This document shows positions 30,080-36,087 of a stretch of 64,000 nt of DNA, in pieces; within the stretch, counting starts at the first letter, position 1; each line of letters begins with the position of its first letter. This stretch comes from a virus (taxonomy: Duplodnaviria; Caudoviricetes). The notes under the pieces are model-generated. The model saw nothing but the letters and a program-made list of their open reading frames with translations. It ran no database searches and had not been told where the DNA came from. A program made the translations under genes and the position numbers. The stretch covers positions 1-64,000 of IMG/VR virus record IMGVR_UViG_2974795854_000001; one strand, 5' to 3'.

Positions 30080-30410
30080 CATATTACATACGAAGAGTTT
30101 CTAAGGGTTTGACTTACTCAAACTAAGTACCGAAGATAAAGAACCTAGCGAATAGGGAAGTAGTTAGTCGGGCTACATATCGTTCTGGCCAAGGATAGGC
30201 GTGCTAAGATAGTTATTCGAGCGAAGGAACACTGAGGAGTGTTTGGAGTAAGAGAGGCAATTCCTCCGCCATTTATGGCTCCCATTATAACAGGAGGTTT
30301 ATACTAAAGAGCGAAAGCTTTTAAACCAAATTAAGTTATATGTTTTCGTCTAAATTGTATCACTCTAACGGGTTTTACTCTTTAGCGAAGCTATATCCAG
30401 AGAGGATTAC
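30080..30410 (+). ncRNA. candidate structured non-coding RNA (unclassified)
   Basis: No ORF in the track; hairpins at 30107-30123, 30228-30243, 30306-30322 (GC-GAAA-GC) and 30383-30393; upstream promoter. Confidence 0.35.
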
Positions 30411-30479
30411 CTAAAGTATATTATAAGAGAATAAATATAGATATAATAGAATATAGATAACCTAGCCCCGAGATAAGAT

Positions 30480-30632
30480 ATGAGATATAAAGACTATAAA
30501 ATAGAAAGTAAGAAGAAGAGTAAGTTGGATTCTAAAAAAGAAGATTCGACTGCTCGAGTTTATAAACGAAAAAATAGCAAGGTGAAGGATGCCCTATCTT
30601 TTAAAATTAGGGGCAAATCCAAATTAGCCTAG
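30480..30632 (+). CDS. small basic peptide, 50 aa
   Basis: MRYKDYKIESKKKSK...KSKLA*; below the ORF-track cutoff; ends just before the bidirectional terminator. Confidence 0.35.
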   Translation: MRYKDYKIESKKKSKLDSKKEDSTARVYKRKNSKVKDALSFKIRGKSKLA

Positions 30633-30656
30633 CACCAACCACCAGTTGAAAACAAG

Positions 30657-30685
30657 AAAGCCACCTTTAATTAGATGGCTTTTTT
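30657..30685. terminator. bidirectional intrinsic terminator at the 3' end of the tRNA array
   Basis: AAAGCCA-CCTTTAATTAGA-TGGCTTTTTT. Confidence 0.7.
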
Positions 30686-30693
30686 CATTTAAG

Positions 30694-30765
30694 AACTTCT
30701 AGAGGGATTCGAACCCCCAATCTACCCGTTCGTAGCGGAGCGCTTTTCCGTTAAGCTATAGAAGT
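30694..30765 (-). tRNA. tRNA-Arg(ACG)
   Basis: Cloverleaf; loop CTACGAA; T-arm GGGGG-TTCGAAT-CCCTC. Confidence 0.9.
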
Positions 30766-30772
30766 GTGAAAG

Positions 30773-30855
30773 TGCATCCAGAGGGATTCGAACCCCCAAT
30801 CCTTTCGGCGACAGGTTTTAAGCCTGTAGTGTATAGCCATTTCCACCATGAATGC
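30773..30855 (-). tRNA. tRNA-Leu(TAA)
   Basis: ACAGG-CTTAAAA-CCTGT; extended variable region. Confidence 0.9.
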
Positions 30856-30864
30856 ATTAGTAAG

Positions 30865-30947
30865 TACCGGAAGAGGGATTCGAACCCTCAAAAGTCTAGG
30901 TTTCTAAAACCCAATGATCTACCATTCTCTTTTTTACTCACTCCGGT
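30865..30947 (-). tRNA. atypical tRNA-Leu(TAG)
   Basis: TGGGT-TTTAGAA-ACCTA and a good T-arm; expanded irregular D region, no long variable arm. Confidence 0.6.
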
Positions 30948-30982
30948 ATAAAAGGGGCGTGACATTATGACACCCCCTGTGT

Positions 30983-31059
30983 TGGACAACCGTATGGGAA
31001 TCGAACCCATGTAATCAGGTTCACAGCTTGACCGCCTTTCCAATTTGGCGCAACGGAGG
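30983..31059 (-). tRNA. atypical tRNA-His(GTG)
   Basis: Loop CTGTGAA and encoded CCA; acceptor stem has two mismatches and no G-1. Confidence 0.65.
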
Positions 31060-31070
31060 ACTCTTATAAG

Positions 31071-31142
31071 ATGGAGTACAGGGGCTCGAACCCCGACGAA
31101 CTGGCTCAAAACCAATCATGCTAACCATTACATCATACTCCA
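31071..31142 (-). tRNA. tRNA-Gln(TTG)
   Basis: ATTGG-TTTTGAG-CCAGT; TGGAGTA/TACTCCA acceptor. Confidence 0.9.
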
Positions 31143-31188
31143 ATGTCTAGTTTCTACTTTTTTGGGAGATACTAGTAAACAACCTTCG

Positions 31189-31263
31189 TACTATCGACGA
31201 GACTCGAACTCGCATTGCGCACCTTGAAAGGGTGGGTTCCTACTCCATTTAGAAGACGATAGC
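31189..31263 (-). tRNA. tRNA-Glu(TTC)
   Basis: Loop CTTTCAA; GCGAG-TTCGAGT-CTCGT. Confidence 0.85.
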
Positions 31264-31272
31264 AAATCAAAG

Positions 31273-31344
31273 TCGAGTAGGCAGGGATCGAACCTGCATT
31301 CTCCGACGTCCAAGGTCGGCACGTGCCAATTTTGTCACTACTCG
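31273..31344 (-). tRNA. tRNA-Pro(TGG)
   Basis: CCGAC-CTTGGAC-GTCGG; C1:G72. Confidence 0.9.
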
Positions 31345-31348
31345 AAAT

Positions 31349-31385
31349 AAAAAAAGCCCCAATGGTTTGTACCAAAGGGGCTCTT
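31349..31385 (-). terminator. intrinsic terminator/attenuator hairpin directly upstream of tRNA-Pro
   Basis: AGCCCC-TTTGGTACAAACCATT-GGGGCT-TTTTTT. Confidence 0.75.
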
Positions 31386-31408
31386 AATAGGATATTGTGC
31401 GTTGAAAA

Positions 31409-31498
31409 CTATGATAGTTCATCAATCCCATGATAAGACACCCTCGATGGTAATCGAAGTTGTTCTAAGGGCTCTTGATGTAATAGTCTTGCGTTCAT
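31409..31498 (-). CDS. putative leader peptide 1 (29 aa, MNARLLHQEPLEQLRLPSRVSYHGIDELS)
   Basis: ATG 4 nt after TATATTTA of promoter repeat 1; followed by a terminator and then tRNAs. Confidence 0.55.
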   Translation of the reverse strand: MNARLLHQEPLEQLRLPSRVSYHGIDELS

Positions 31499-31500
31499 AT

Positions 31501-31538
31501 TGTAAATATACAACTTTTTTTTGATATAAAAAAACTTA
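31501..31538 (-). repeat. 38-bp promoter repeat, copy 1
   Basis: TAAGTTTTTTTATATCAAAAAAAAGTTGTATATTTACA; identical to 32741-32778 and near-identical to 34336-34372. Confidence 0.85.
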
Positions 31539-31550
31539 TACTATTTTATT

Positions 31551-31844
31551 TTATGTTCTTGTTGGATTCTTCTTAACTCTCTTCTTTGCAGCAGCTAATT
31601 TCTTAGTATATGCACTCATACCTCCGGCCTTCTCTACGTCCTTCTTAAAGGCTGCAGATCTATTGGCGTCGTTACGACCTCTAGTTCCTCTAGCTTCTTC
31701 TTCTTTCTTAAGCTTGCCACTTGTCTTAACAGTGTACTTTTTAGCTTTAGTGTTTGCAACACCACTCTTATCAGATTTGATCGTTACGTTTTTCTTAGGT
31801 GCAGTTTTCTTAGTTGGCACCGTCTTTCTTGTAGTTCTTCTCAT
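31551..31844 (-). CDS. highly basic histone-like small protein
   Basis: Likely start MRRTTRKTVPTKKTAPKK at 31844; Lys/Arg/Ala/Thr-rich. Confidence 0.6.
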   Translation of the reverse strand: MRRTTRKTVPTKKTAPKKNVTIKSDKSGVANTKAKKYTVKTSGKLKKEEEARGTRGRNDANRSAAFKKDVEKAGGMSAYTKKLAAAKKRVKKNPTRT

Positions 31845-31895
31845 TGTTGTTTGTTTAACGTTAAGTAGTAAAGATACGAAAAATACAAACATAAG

Positions 31896-31967
31896 AATCG
31901 GAGACCGGAATTGAACCGGTATAGCACAGTTTTGCAGACAGGCCCCTTCTCCGTCAGGTTCTCCGAT
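31896..31967 (-). tRNA. tRNA-Cys(GCA), weak anticodon stem
   Basis: Loop CTGCAAA; perfect acceptor and T stems; anticodon stem mismatches. Confidence 0.7.
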
Positions 31968-31972
31968 ATAAG

Positions 31973-32045
31973 TGCGATAGGTAGGTTTCGATCCTACTCC
32001 TCTGGGGTTTCAAGCCAGTGCTTCTACCAAGTTAGCTTCTACCGC
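31973..32045 (-). tRNA. tRNA-Phe(GAA)
   Basis: Loop TTGAAAC with a C31:C39 mismatch; T-loop ATCGAAA. Confidence 0.75.
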
Positions 32046-32125
32046 ATTAAAAAACAACAGCCAAGACCTTCTCTCGGATTTTATGGCGGCTCCTTTACAT
32101 TATAGGATGCTCTGTTGTTTTATCG

Positions 32126-32194
32126 CGCGCACCCAAAGAATCGAACTCTGTCCTACGGGGTTGGAATCCGTTTGGCCACCATGGCCTGATGCGC
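32126..32194 (-). tRNA. tRNA-Trp(CCA)
   Basis: Loop TTCCAAC; GCGCATC/GGTGCGC acceptor; short D loop. Confidence 0.8.
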
Positions 32195-32201
32195 ATTAAA
32201 G

Positions 32202-32273
32202 AGGCTAGGGAGAATTACGATATCTCGACCTGACGCTTAACAGGCGCCTGCTCTTCCTCTGAGCTACCTAGCC
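32202..32273 (-). tRNA. tRNA-Asn(GTT), atypical T-loop
   Basis: GGCGC-CTGTTAA-GCGTC; canonical D arm; T-loop ATCGTAA. Confidence 0.75.
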
Positions 32274-32282
32274 GTGTGTTTG

Positions 32283-32367
32283 TAGAGAAGAAGGGATTCG
32301 AACCCTCGGAGGCGTTAACCCCACTACTTTAGCAAAGTAGCACCTTAAGCCACTCAGACACCTCTCT
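32283..32367 (-). tRNA. tRNA-Ser(GCT)
   Basis: CTACT-TTGCTAA-AGTAG; long variable arm. Confidence 0.9.
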
Positions 32368-32372
32368 AAATG

Positions 32373-32462
32373 TGGAAGAAGTGGGGCTCGAACCCACACG
32401 GGCTTTTAAACCCCAACTGTTTTCAAGACAGCGACCCGTAGACCTACTTGGCTTACCCTTCC
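32373..32462 (-). tRNA. tRNA-Ser(TGA)
   Basis: GCTGT-CTTGAAA-ACAGT; long variable arm. Confidence 0.88.
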
Positions 32463-32469
32463 ATTATTG

Positions 32470-32551
32470 TTGCACCGTGCGGAATCGAACCACTCCCCTC
32501 TCAAGAACTGTTTTACAGACAGCCTGCTAGAACCACTAGCTTTACGTTGCA
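32470..32551 (-). tRNA. tRNA-Tyr(GTA)
   Basis: GCTGT-CTGTAAA-ACAGT; one acceptor mismatch. Confidence 0.82.
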
Positions 32552-32564
32552 AGTTATAAAAAAC

Positions 32565-32599
32565 AAAAAACCCTCTTAGCTACGAAAGACCAAGAGGGT
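32565..32599 (-). terminator. intrinsic terminator/attenuator hairpin upstream of tRNA-Tyr
   Basis: ACCCTCTT-GGTCTTTCGTAGCT-AAGAGGGT-TTTTT. Confidence 0.75.
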
Positions 32600-32648
32600 A
32601 AAAATCAAAATTAATAATCAAAAATTAATAAAAGAAATGAATATATTT

Positions 32649-32738
32649 TTAAGACAAGTACAACCTCTCGACATTATAGCTACTAAAGCTACAATTCGAA
32701 TACCAAGAGAAATTATTGTATGTCATGTTTGTTTTCAT
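32649..32738 (-). CDS. putative leader peptide 2 (29 aa, MKTNMTYNNFSWYSNCSFSSYNVERLYLS)
   Basis: Same geometry as leader 1; rich in Tyr/Ser/Asn/Phe with Trp and Cys. Confidence 0.55.
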   Translation of the reverse strand: MKTNMTYNNFSWYSNCSFSSYNVERLYLS

Positions 32739-32740
32739 AT

Positions 32741-32778
32741 TGTAAATATACAACTTTTTTTTGATATAAAAAAACTTA
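32741..32778 (-). repeat. 38-bp promoter repeat, copy 2
   Basis: Identical to 31501-31538. Confidence 0.85.
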
Positions 32779-32800
32779 CATCATTTTATTTTAAAAATAG

Positions 32801-32870
32801 TTGGAATAGAGGGAATCGAACCCATCTCCACACGCATATAAGACGTGCTAACCTACCTAGGCTTACTCCA
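32801..32870 (-). tRNA. tRNA-Ile(TAT), atypical
   Basis: CACGT-CTTATAT-GCGTG; short D arm and imperfect T stem. Confidence 0.65.
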
Positions 32871-32992
32871 ATAAAGATCTTGTGGTCACTATATCCACAT
32901 CACACGCTGTTTTAAGGTTTATCTCTGTTACCAAAGAATGCAGGCATACGTGTTACCTAAAAGCCTATAAGTGTTTTTCACTAAGATCCAAG

Positions 32993-33063
32993 AACCTCTA
33001 CAGGGATTCGAACCCCGATCATAGCGGTAGAAGCGCCGTATTTTTCCATTAAACTATAGAGGC
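32993..33063 (-). tRNA. tRNA-Arg(TCT)
   Basis: Loop CTTCTAC; CGGGG-TTCGAAT-CCCTG. Confidence 0.85.
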
Positions 33064-33124
33064 AAAAAAGACCTACCCTTGGACACTTTGAGACGTTCTC
33101 CTAGAAGTGTGGTAGGTACTGTTG

Positions 33125-33198
33125 TACCAAATGACAGATTCGAACTATCGACCTTCTCCTTGTAAAAGAGCTGCTCTAAACCACTGAGCTAATCTGGT
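33125..33198 (-). tRNA. tRNA-Val(TAC)
   Basis: Loop TTTACAA; canonical D arm GCTC-AGTGGTTTA-GAGC. Confidence 0.85.
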
Positions 33199-33300
33199 AT
33201 ATGGTAGGCATGTTACTACACCTACTTTTTTGTTTTTAACGTGGAGAAGCTTATTTCCATAACTCAAAACTCCATTACAATACTTTTAACCTAATAAATA

Positions 33301-33348
33301 AAAAGGGGCTCTTGTTCACGATATCTAGTATTCGCTAAGCCCCCTTTT
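33301..33348. terminator. large-loop terminator-like hairpin inside the tRNA array
   Basis: AAAAGGGGCT...AGCCCCCTTTT. Confidence 0.5.
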
Positions 33349-33408
33349 CAAAAAAACACTTAATCTAATGCGCTTCAAAACTTCTCGAGAGGCGGATTAA
33401 GTCTGTTG

Positions 33409-33482
33409 AGCACTAATCAGGGATCGAACCCGAATTATCTTCGTTACAAATGAAGTACCATTTCCTATTCAGTCATTAGTGC
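33409..33482 (-). tRNA. tRNA-Thr(TGT)
   Basis: CTTCA-TTTGTAA-CGAAG; GCACTAA/TTAGTGC acceptor. Confidence 0.8.
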
Positions 33483-33492
33483 ATAATTAAAG

Positions 33493-33569
33493 CGGTCTAA
33501 GAGGGATTCGAACCCTCGTTTTAGAGCAGTGACAGTGCAATTCGTGTTACCAAACACGCTTATTAGACC
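33493..33569 (-). tRNA. tRNA-Asp(GTC), weak anticodon stem
   Basis: Loop CTGTCAC; perfect acceptor and T stems. Confidence 0.75.
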
Positions 33570-33644
33570 AGTTGGCAGATGTCGATTAACTGCCGAGTGT
33601 CGTACGAACACCCTTTATCCCGAAGAGTGTAGAAACGACTTTTG

Positions 33645-33713
33645 TGGCGGGTATGGGAGTCGAACCCATCTATAAGGACTTATGAGGCCCTCCGGTCACC
33701 ACGACCACCCACA
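33645..33713 (-). tRNA. tRNA with CAT anticodon (Met or Ile2)
   Basis: AGGGC-CTCATAA-GTCCT; U1:C72 mismatch; short D arm; lacks the three G:C pairs of initiator tRNA. Confidence 0.75.
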
Positions 33714-33723
33714 ATTTTAAAAG

Positions 33724-33796
33724 AGCGTAAGACGAGGTTCGAACTCGCTATCTCCTACTTGGAAGGCAGGCGCCATTCCACTATGGCCTCTTACGC
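33724..33796 (-). tRNA. tRNA-Gly(TCC)
   Basis: CCTGC-CTTCCAA-GTAGG. Confidence 0.9.
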
Positions 33797-33884
33797 AAAT
33801 TCCTCTTTTTATAGAGTTGAGGTAAAAACATTCTCTTAGTCCAACTTTTTTCCTTTTTCTTTCTTTCGGTAGTCTTCCGCCTCG

Positions 33885-33957
33885 TTGGAATAGAAGGTTT
33901 CGAACCTACGACCTCTCCCGTATCAGGGGAGTGCTCTAACCGCTGAGCTATACTCCA
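33885..33957 (-). tRNA. tRNA-Ile(GAT)
   Basis: CTCCC-CTGATAC-GGGAG; canonical D arm. Confidence 0.9.
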
Positions 33958-34006
33958 ATATTACCTTATTCGCTTATAATCCATTATATAAGCTAATTTA
34001 CTTATG

Positions 34007-34079
34007 TGCCCCTGCTAGGAATCGAACCTAGCCCCACTGTTTAAAAGACAGTTGCCTACAACCTGTTTGCTACAAGGGC
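34007..34079 (-). tRNA. tRNA-Lys(TTT)
   Basis: ACTGT-CTTTTAA-ACAGT. Confidence 0.88.
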
Positions 34080-34107
34080 AATTTGGTGTCAGTAAGGGAT
34101 CTTATTG

Positions 34108-34182
34108 TGGAACTCATGGGTATCGAACCCATCTCACTCTGATTGCAAATCAAAGTCGCCTTGCCTTGGTTCATGCAGCCCC
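34108..34182 (-). tRNA. tRNA-Ala(TGC)
   Basis: Loop TTTGCAA; G3:U70 identity pair; irregular D arm. Confidence 0.78.
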
Positions 34183-34183
34183 A

Positions 34184-34214
34184 ATAAAAAACCCTCCTTT
34201 TTAGGGGAGGGCTG
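34184..34214 (-). terminator. intrinsic terminator/attenuator hairpin immediately upstream of tRNA-Ala
   Basis: CCCTCC-CCTAAAAA-GGAGGG-TTTTT. Confidence 0.75.
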
Positions 34215-34240
34215 TAATAAATATCTTATATCTAAAGAAA

Positions 34241-34318
34241 TTATAGTACACGGCTCCTCCCCAAGAGTTTCACTCCCTTGGTTCTAATATCTGTCGCTAT
34301 GTTCATAATTGTTTTCAT
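34241..34318 (-). CDS. putative leader peptide 3 (25 aa, MKTIMNIATDIRTKGVKLLGRSRVL)
   Basis: Between promoter repeat copy 3 and the terminator; MKT.M start shared with leader 2. Confidence 0.5.
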   Translation of the reverse strand: MKTIMNIATDIRTKGVKLLGRSRVL

Positions 34319-34335
34319 CGATCTTATTGCTTTGA

Positions 34336-34372
34336 TACAAATATACAACTTTTTTTGATATAAAAAAACTTA
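34336..34372 (-). repeat. promoter repeat, copy 3 (with consensus TATATTTG)
   Basis: Near-identical to copies 1 and 2, with one T fewer and TTTG instead of TTTA. Confidence 0.85.
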
Positions 34373-34390
34373 CTTGTAAATAATTCTGTT

Positions 34391-34537
34391 TTAGATGTCT
34401 TTTCCGGTTTTTTCTTCAATCTTTCGCTCCAACTCGTCTGCAGCACTATTGAAATATGCCTGTAATTTAGGGTTGTTCTTCAAGATTAATGCGAAACCTG
34501 CCGCTCCGGCCAATACTCCTACTAAAAATGTAATCAT
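34391..34537 (-). CDS. small membrane protein, 48 aa (YtxH-like N-terminus)
   Basis: MITFLVGVLAGAAGFALILK...; -7 element TATATTTG at 34565-34572. Confidence 0.6.
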   Translation of the reverse strand: MITFLVGVLAGAAGFALILKNNPKLQAYFNSAADELERKIEEKTGKDI

Positions 34538-34590
34538 AGTTTATAATGTTTATAATGTTAGATGCAAATATAGTAAAAGTATGCGAACTA

Positions 34591-34722
34591 TTATTCAATC
34601 CTTTCTTTATATTGTTCGACGGCCTGTCCTGTTTTCTTATTTATGTACTCTCTTAAGTACTTCCTTTGATCTTCTGATAGCTCAGACCAAAATTCCCCGA
34701 ATGATCTCCATGTACGTGCCAT
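34591..34722 (-). CDS. hypothetical protein, 43 aa
   Basis: MARTWRSFGEFWSELSEDQRKYL...; below the track cutoff. Confidence 0.45.
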   Translation of the reverse strand: MARTWRSFGEFWSELSEDQRKYLREYINKKTGQAVEQYKERIE

Positions 34723-34742
34723 ATTTTATAAAATTATCGTTA

Positions 34743-35036
34743 TTAATACACCTCTATTGAGTTTGTATAAGTTATTTCAAAGTCTTCTGGGGCGTTTAAT
34801 GCAAATAACAGGCCATTTGCAAAAGCTTCTGCTGCTACATCACCTTTCTCGTGGTAGTAGTCACCGTAAGAAGATGCTAAGACGTCGTTTACATAAACTC
34901 GAGCTCCTACATAGTCTCCTCCGAGGATACTTTCTCTCACTTCTTCATCTCCTAAATCTTGGCCCTCATAATCGTAGAACACTGTATCTATTCTAATAGT
35001 TTTTAATTCGATCACTCCTAGTAATTTATCTGACAT
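34743..35036 (-). CDS. hypothetical acidic protein
   Basis: 97 aa ORF, first gene of the leftward strand block. Confidence 0.6.
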   Translation of the reverse strand: MSDKLLGVIELKTIRIDTVFYDYEGQDLGDEEVRESILGGDYVGARVYVNDVLASSYGDYYHEKGDVAAEAFANGLLFALNAPEDFEITYTNSIEVY

Positions 35037-35467
35037 AATAATCCTTGTTTAAATGAGCTATAAAGGTAGTAAAATCTTTCGAGGGGTGCAAGTAAATAAT
35101 CCGGTAAAAAGTTTGTCACGTACTTTAGGGGCCATTTTATGCATGTTTTTGCACCAACTTTCGAAGTTCTCTTGCACTTTCTGTTTTAAGACATACTATA
35201 CCCACGGGCCTCGCGCCGCTATGGTAAACCCGATTTTTTTAATGGGGTGGGGTTCGTATTTTTTCAAATTTGCGTGTAACTTTTAGCTTTTCTAGGCTGT
35301 TAATTACTTGGTTTGCAGTTACTTACATTAAACTCTCTGACTTTCTCCGCTTCATTTTATACTGGTTAATCTGCTATAAATAAAGTCTGTTTAATACCTG
35401 TTTAACATAGTTTATTAGTACAGGATATTTATTTCCCCCTTACTATTCTTTAAATAATTATTATTTT

Positions 35468-35532
35468 ACTGCCACCCTGTCATATAATACCTTCCACATA
35501 CTGCCACCCTGTCATACCCTACCTTCCACATA
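35468..35532. repeat. 32-bp-period tandem repeat (ACTGCCACCCTGTCATA...TACCTTCCACATA) in the strand-switch region
   Basis: ACTGCCACCCTGTCATA at 35468 and 35500; TACCTTCCACATA at 35488 and 35520; partial third copy near 35562. Confidence 0.8.
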
Positions 35533-35762
35533 ACAACACCTGACAATCTGACACCATAACATGCCATGCTGTCATATGCTTACCAGTTAACCAACCTCAA
35601 CACAATATCACTATCACAATAGCAGCCTATCACATAATAGACCTTACCAACCTACCCCCCAAACCACCAACAAAACCCCCACAAAACCCCTTTATTTTTT
35701 ATAATGTATCCCGTACGCGCGCGCAAATACCTATAGTAGCCCACAAAAATCTCTACTTTACC

Positions 35763-36087
35763 GTTTAACGATTTTTTAGGTAGTTCATCGGATTTTTAGT
35801 TTAATATCTCTAAGTCCGCCGTATATTTGTAGGGCAGTTAACAAGTAACACACTGCAAACGTTCTTTTAACATATTGATAAGCAATTAACGAAAATACCT
35901 ATTATAGGGTGTATATGTGTATAGCTGCCAATAAAAGTAAGTAAGTAGTATCTTAATGTATAAATCTACTAAAAGCTTGGTTTAGGGTCTACAAAATACA
36001 GTTTAACCGATTTTTAGGTAGTTCGTCGAATAAATTGCTTCAAATCAATATTGTTTCTATACATTTGTAGCGTAGTTAGTAAGTAAC
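35763..36087 (+). promoter_or_regulatory. two imperfect about 85-bp direct repeats, each carrying a -7 element (35822 TATATTTG, 36060 TACATTTG): tandem early promoters
   Basis: GTTTAAC(C)GATTTTT(T)AGGTAGTTC.TCG ... TA.ATTTGTAG ... AAGTAAC at 35763-35849 and 36001-36087. Confidence 0.6.

Noticed and set aside
30080-30410. RNase P RNA or group I intron
   Set aside because: I could not find the GAGGAAAGUC and ACAGAA..CGGCUUA RNase P signatures or group I P7 core motifs, and no interrupted host gene is present; kept only as an unclassified ncRNA candidate
30766-34287. Short ORFs called across the tRNA array (e.g. 30766-30951, 30888-31115, 33642-33839, 34105-34287)
   Set aside because: They overlap clear tRNA cloverleafs and are by-products of RNA genes
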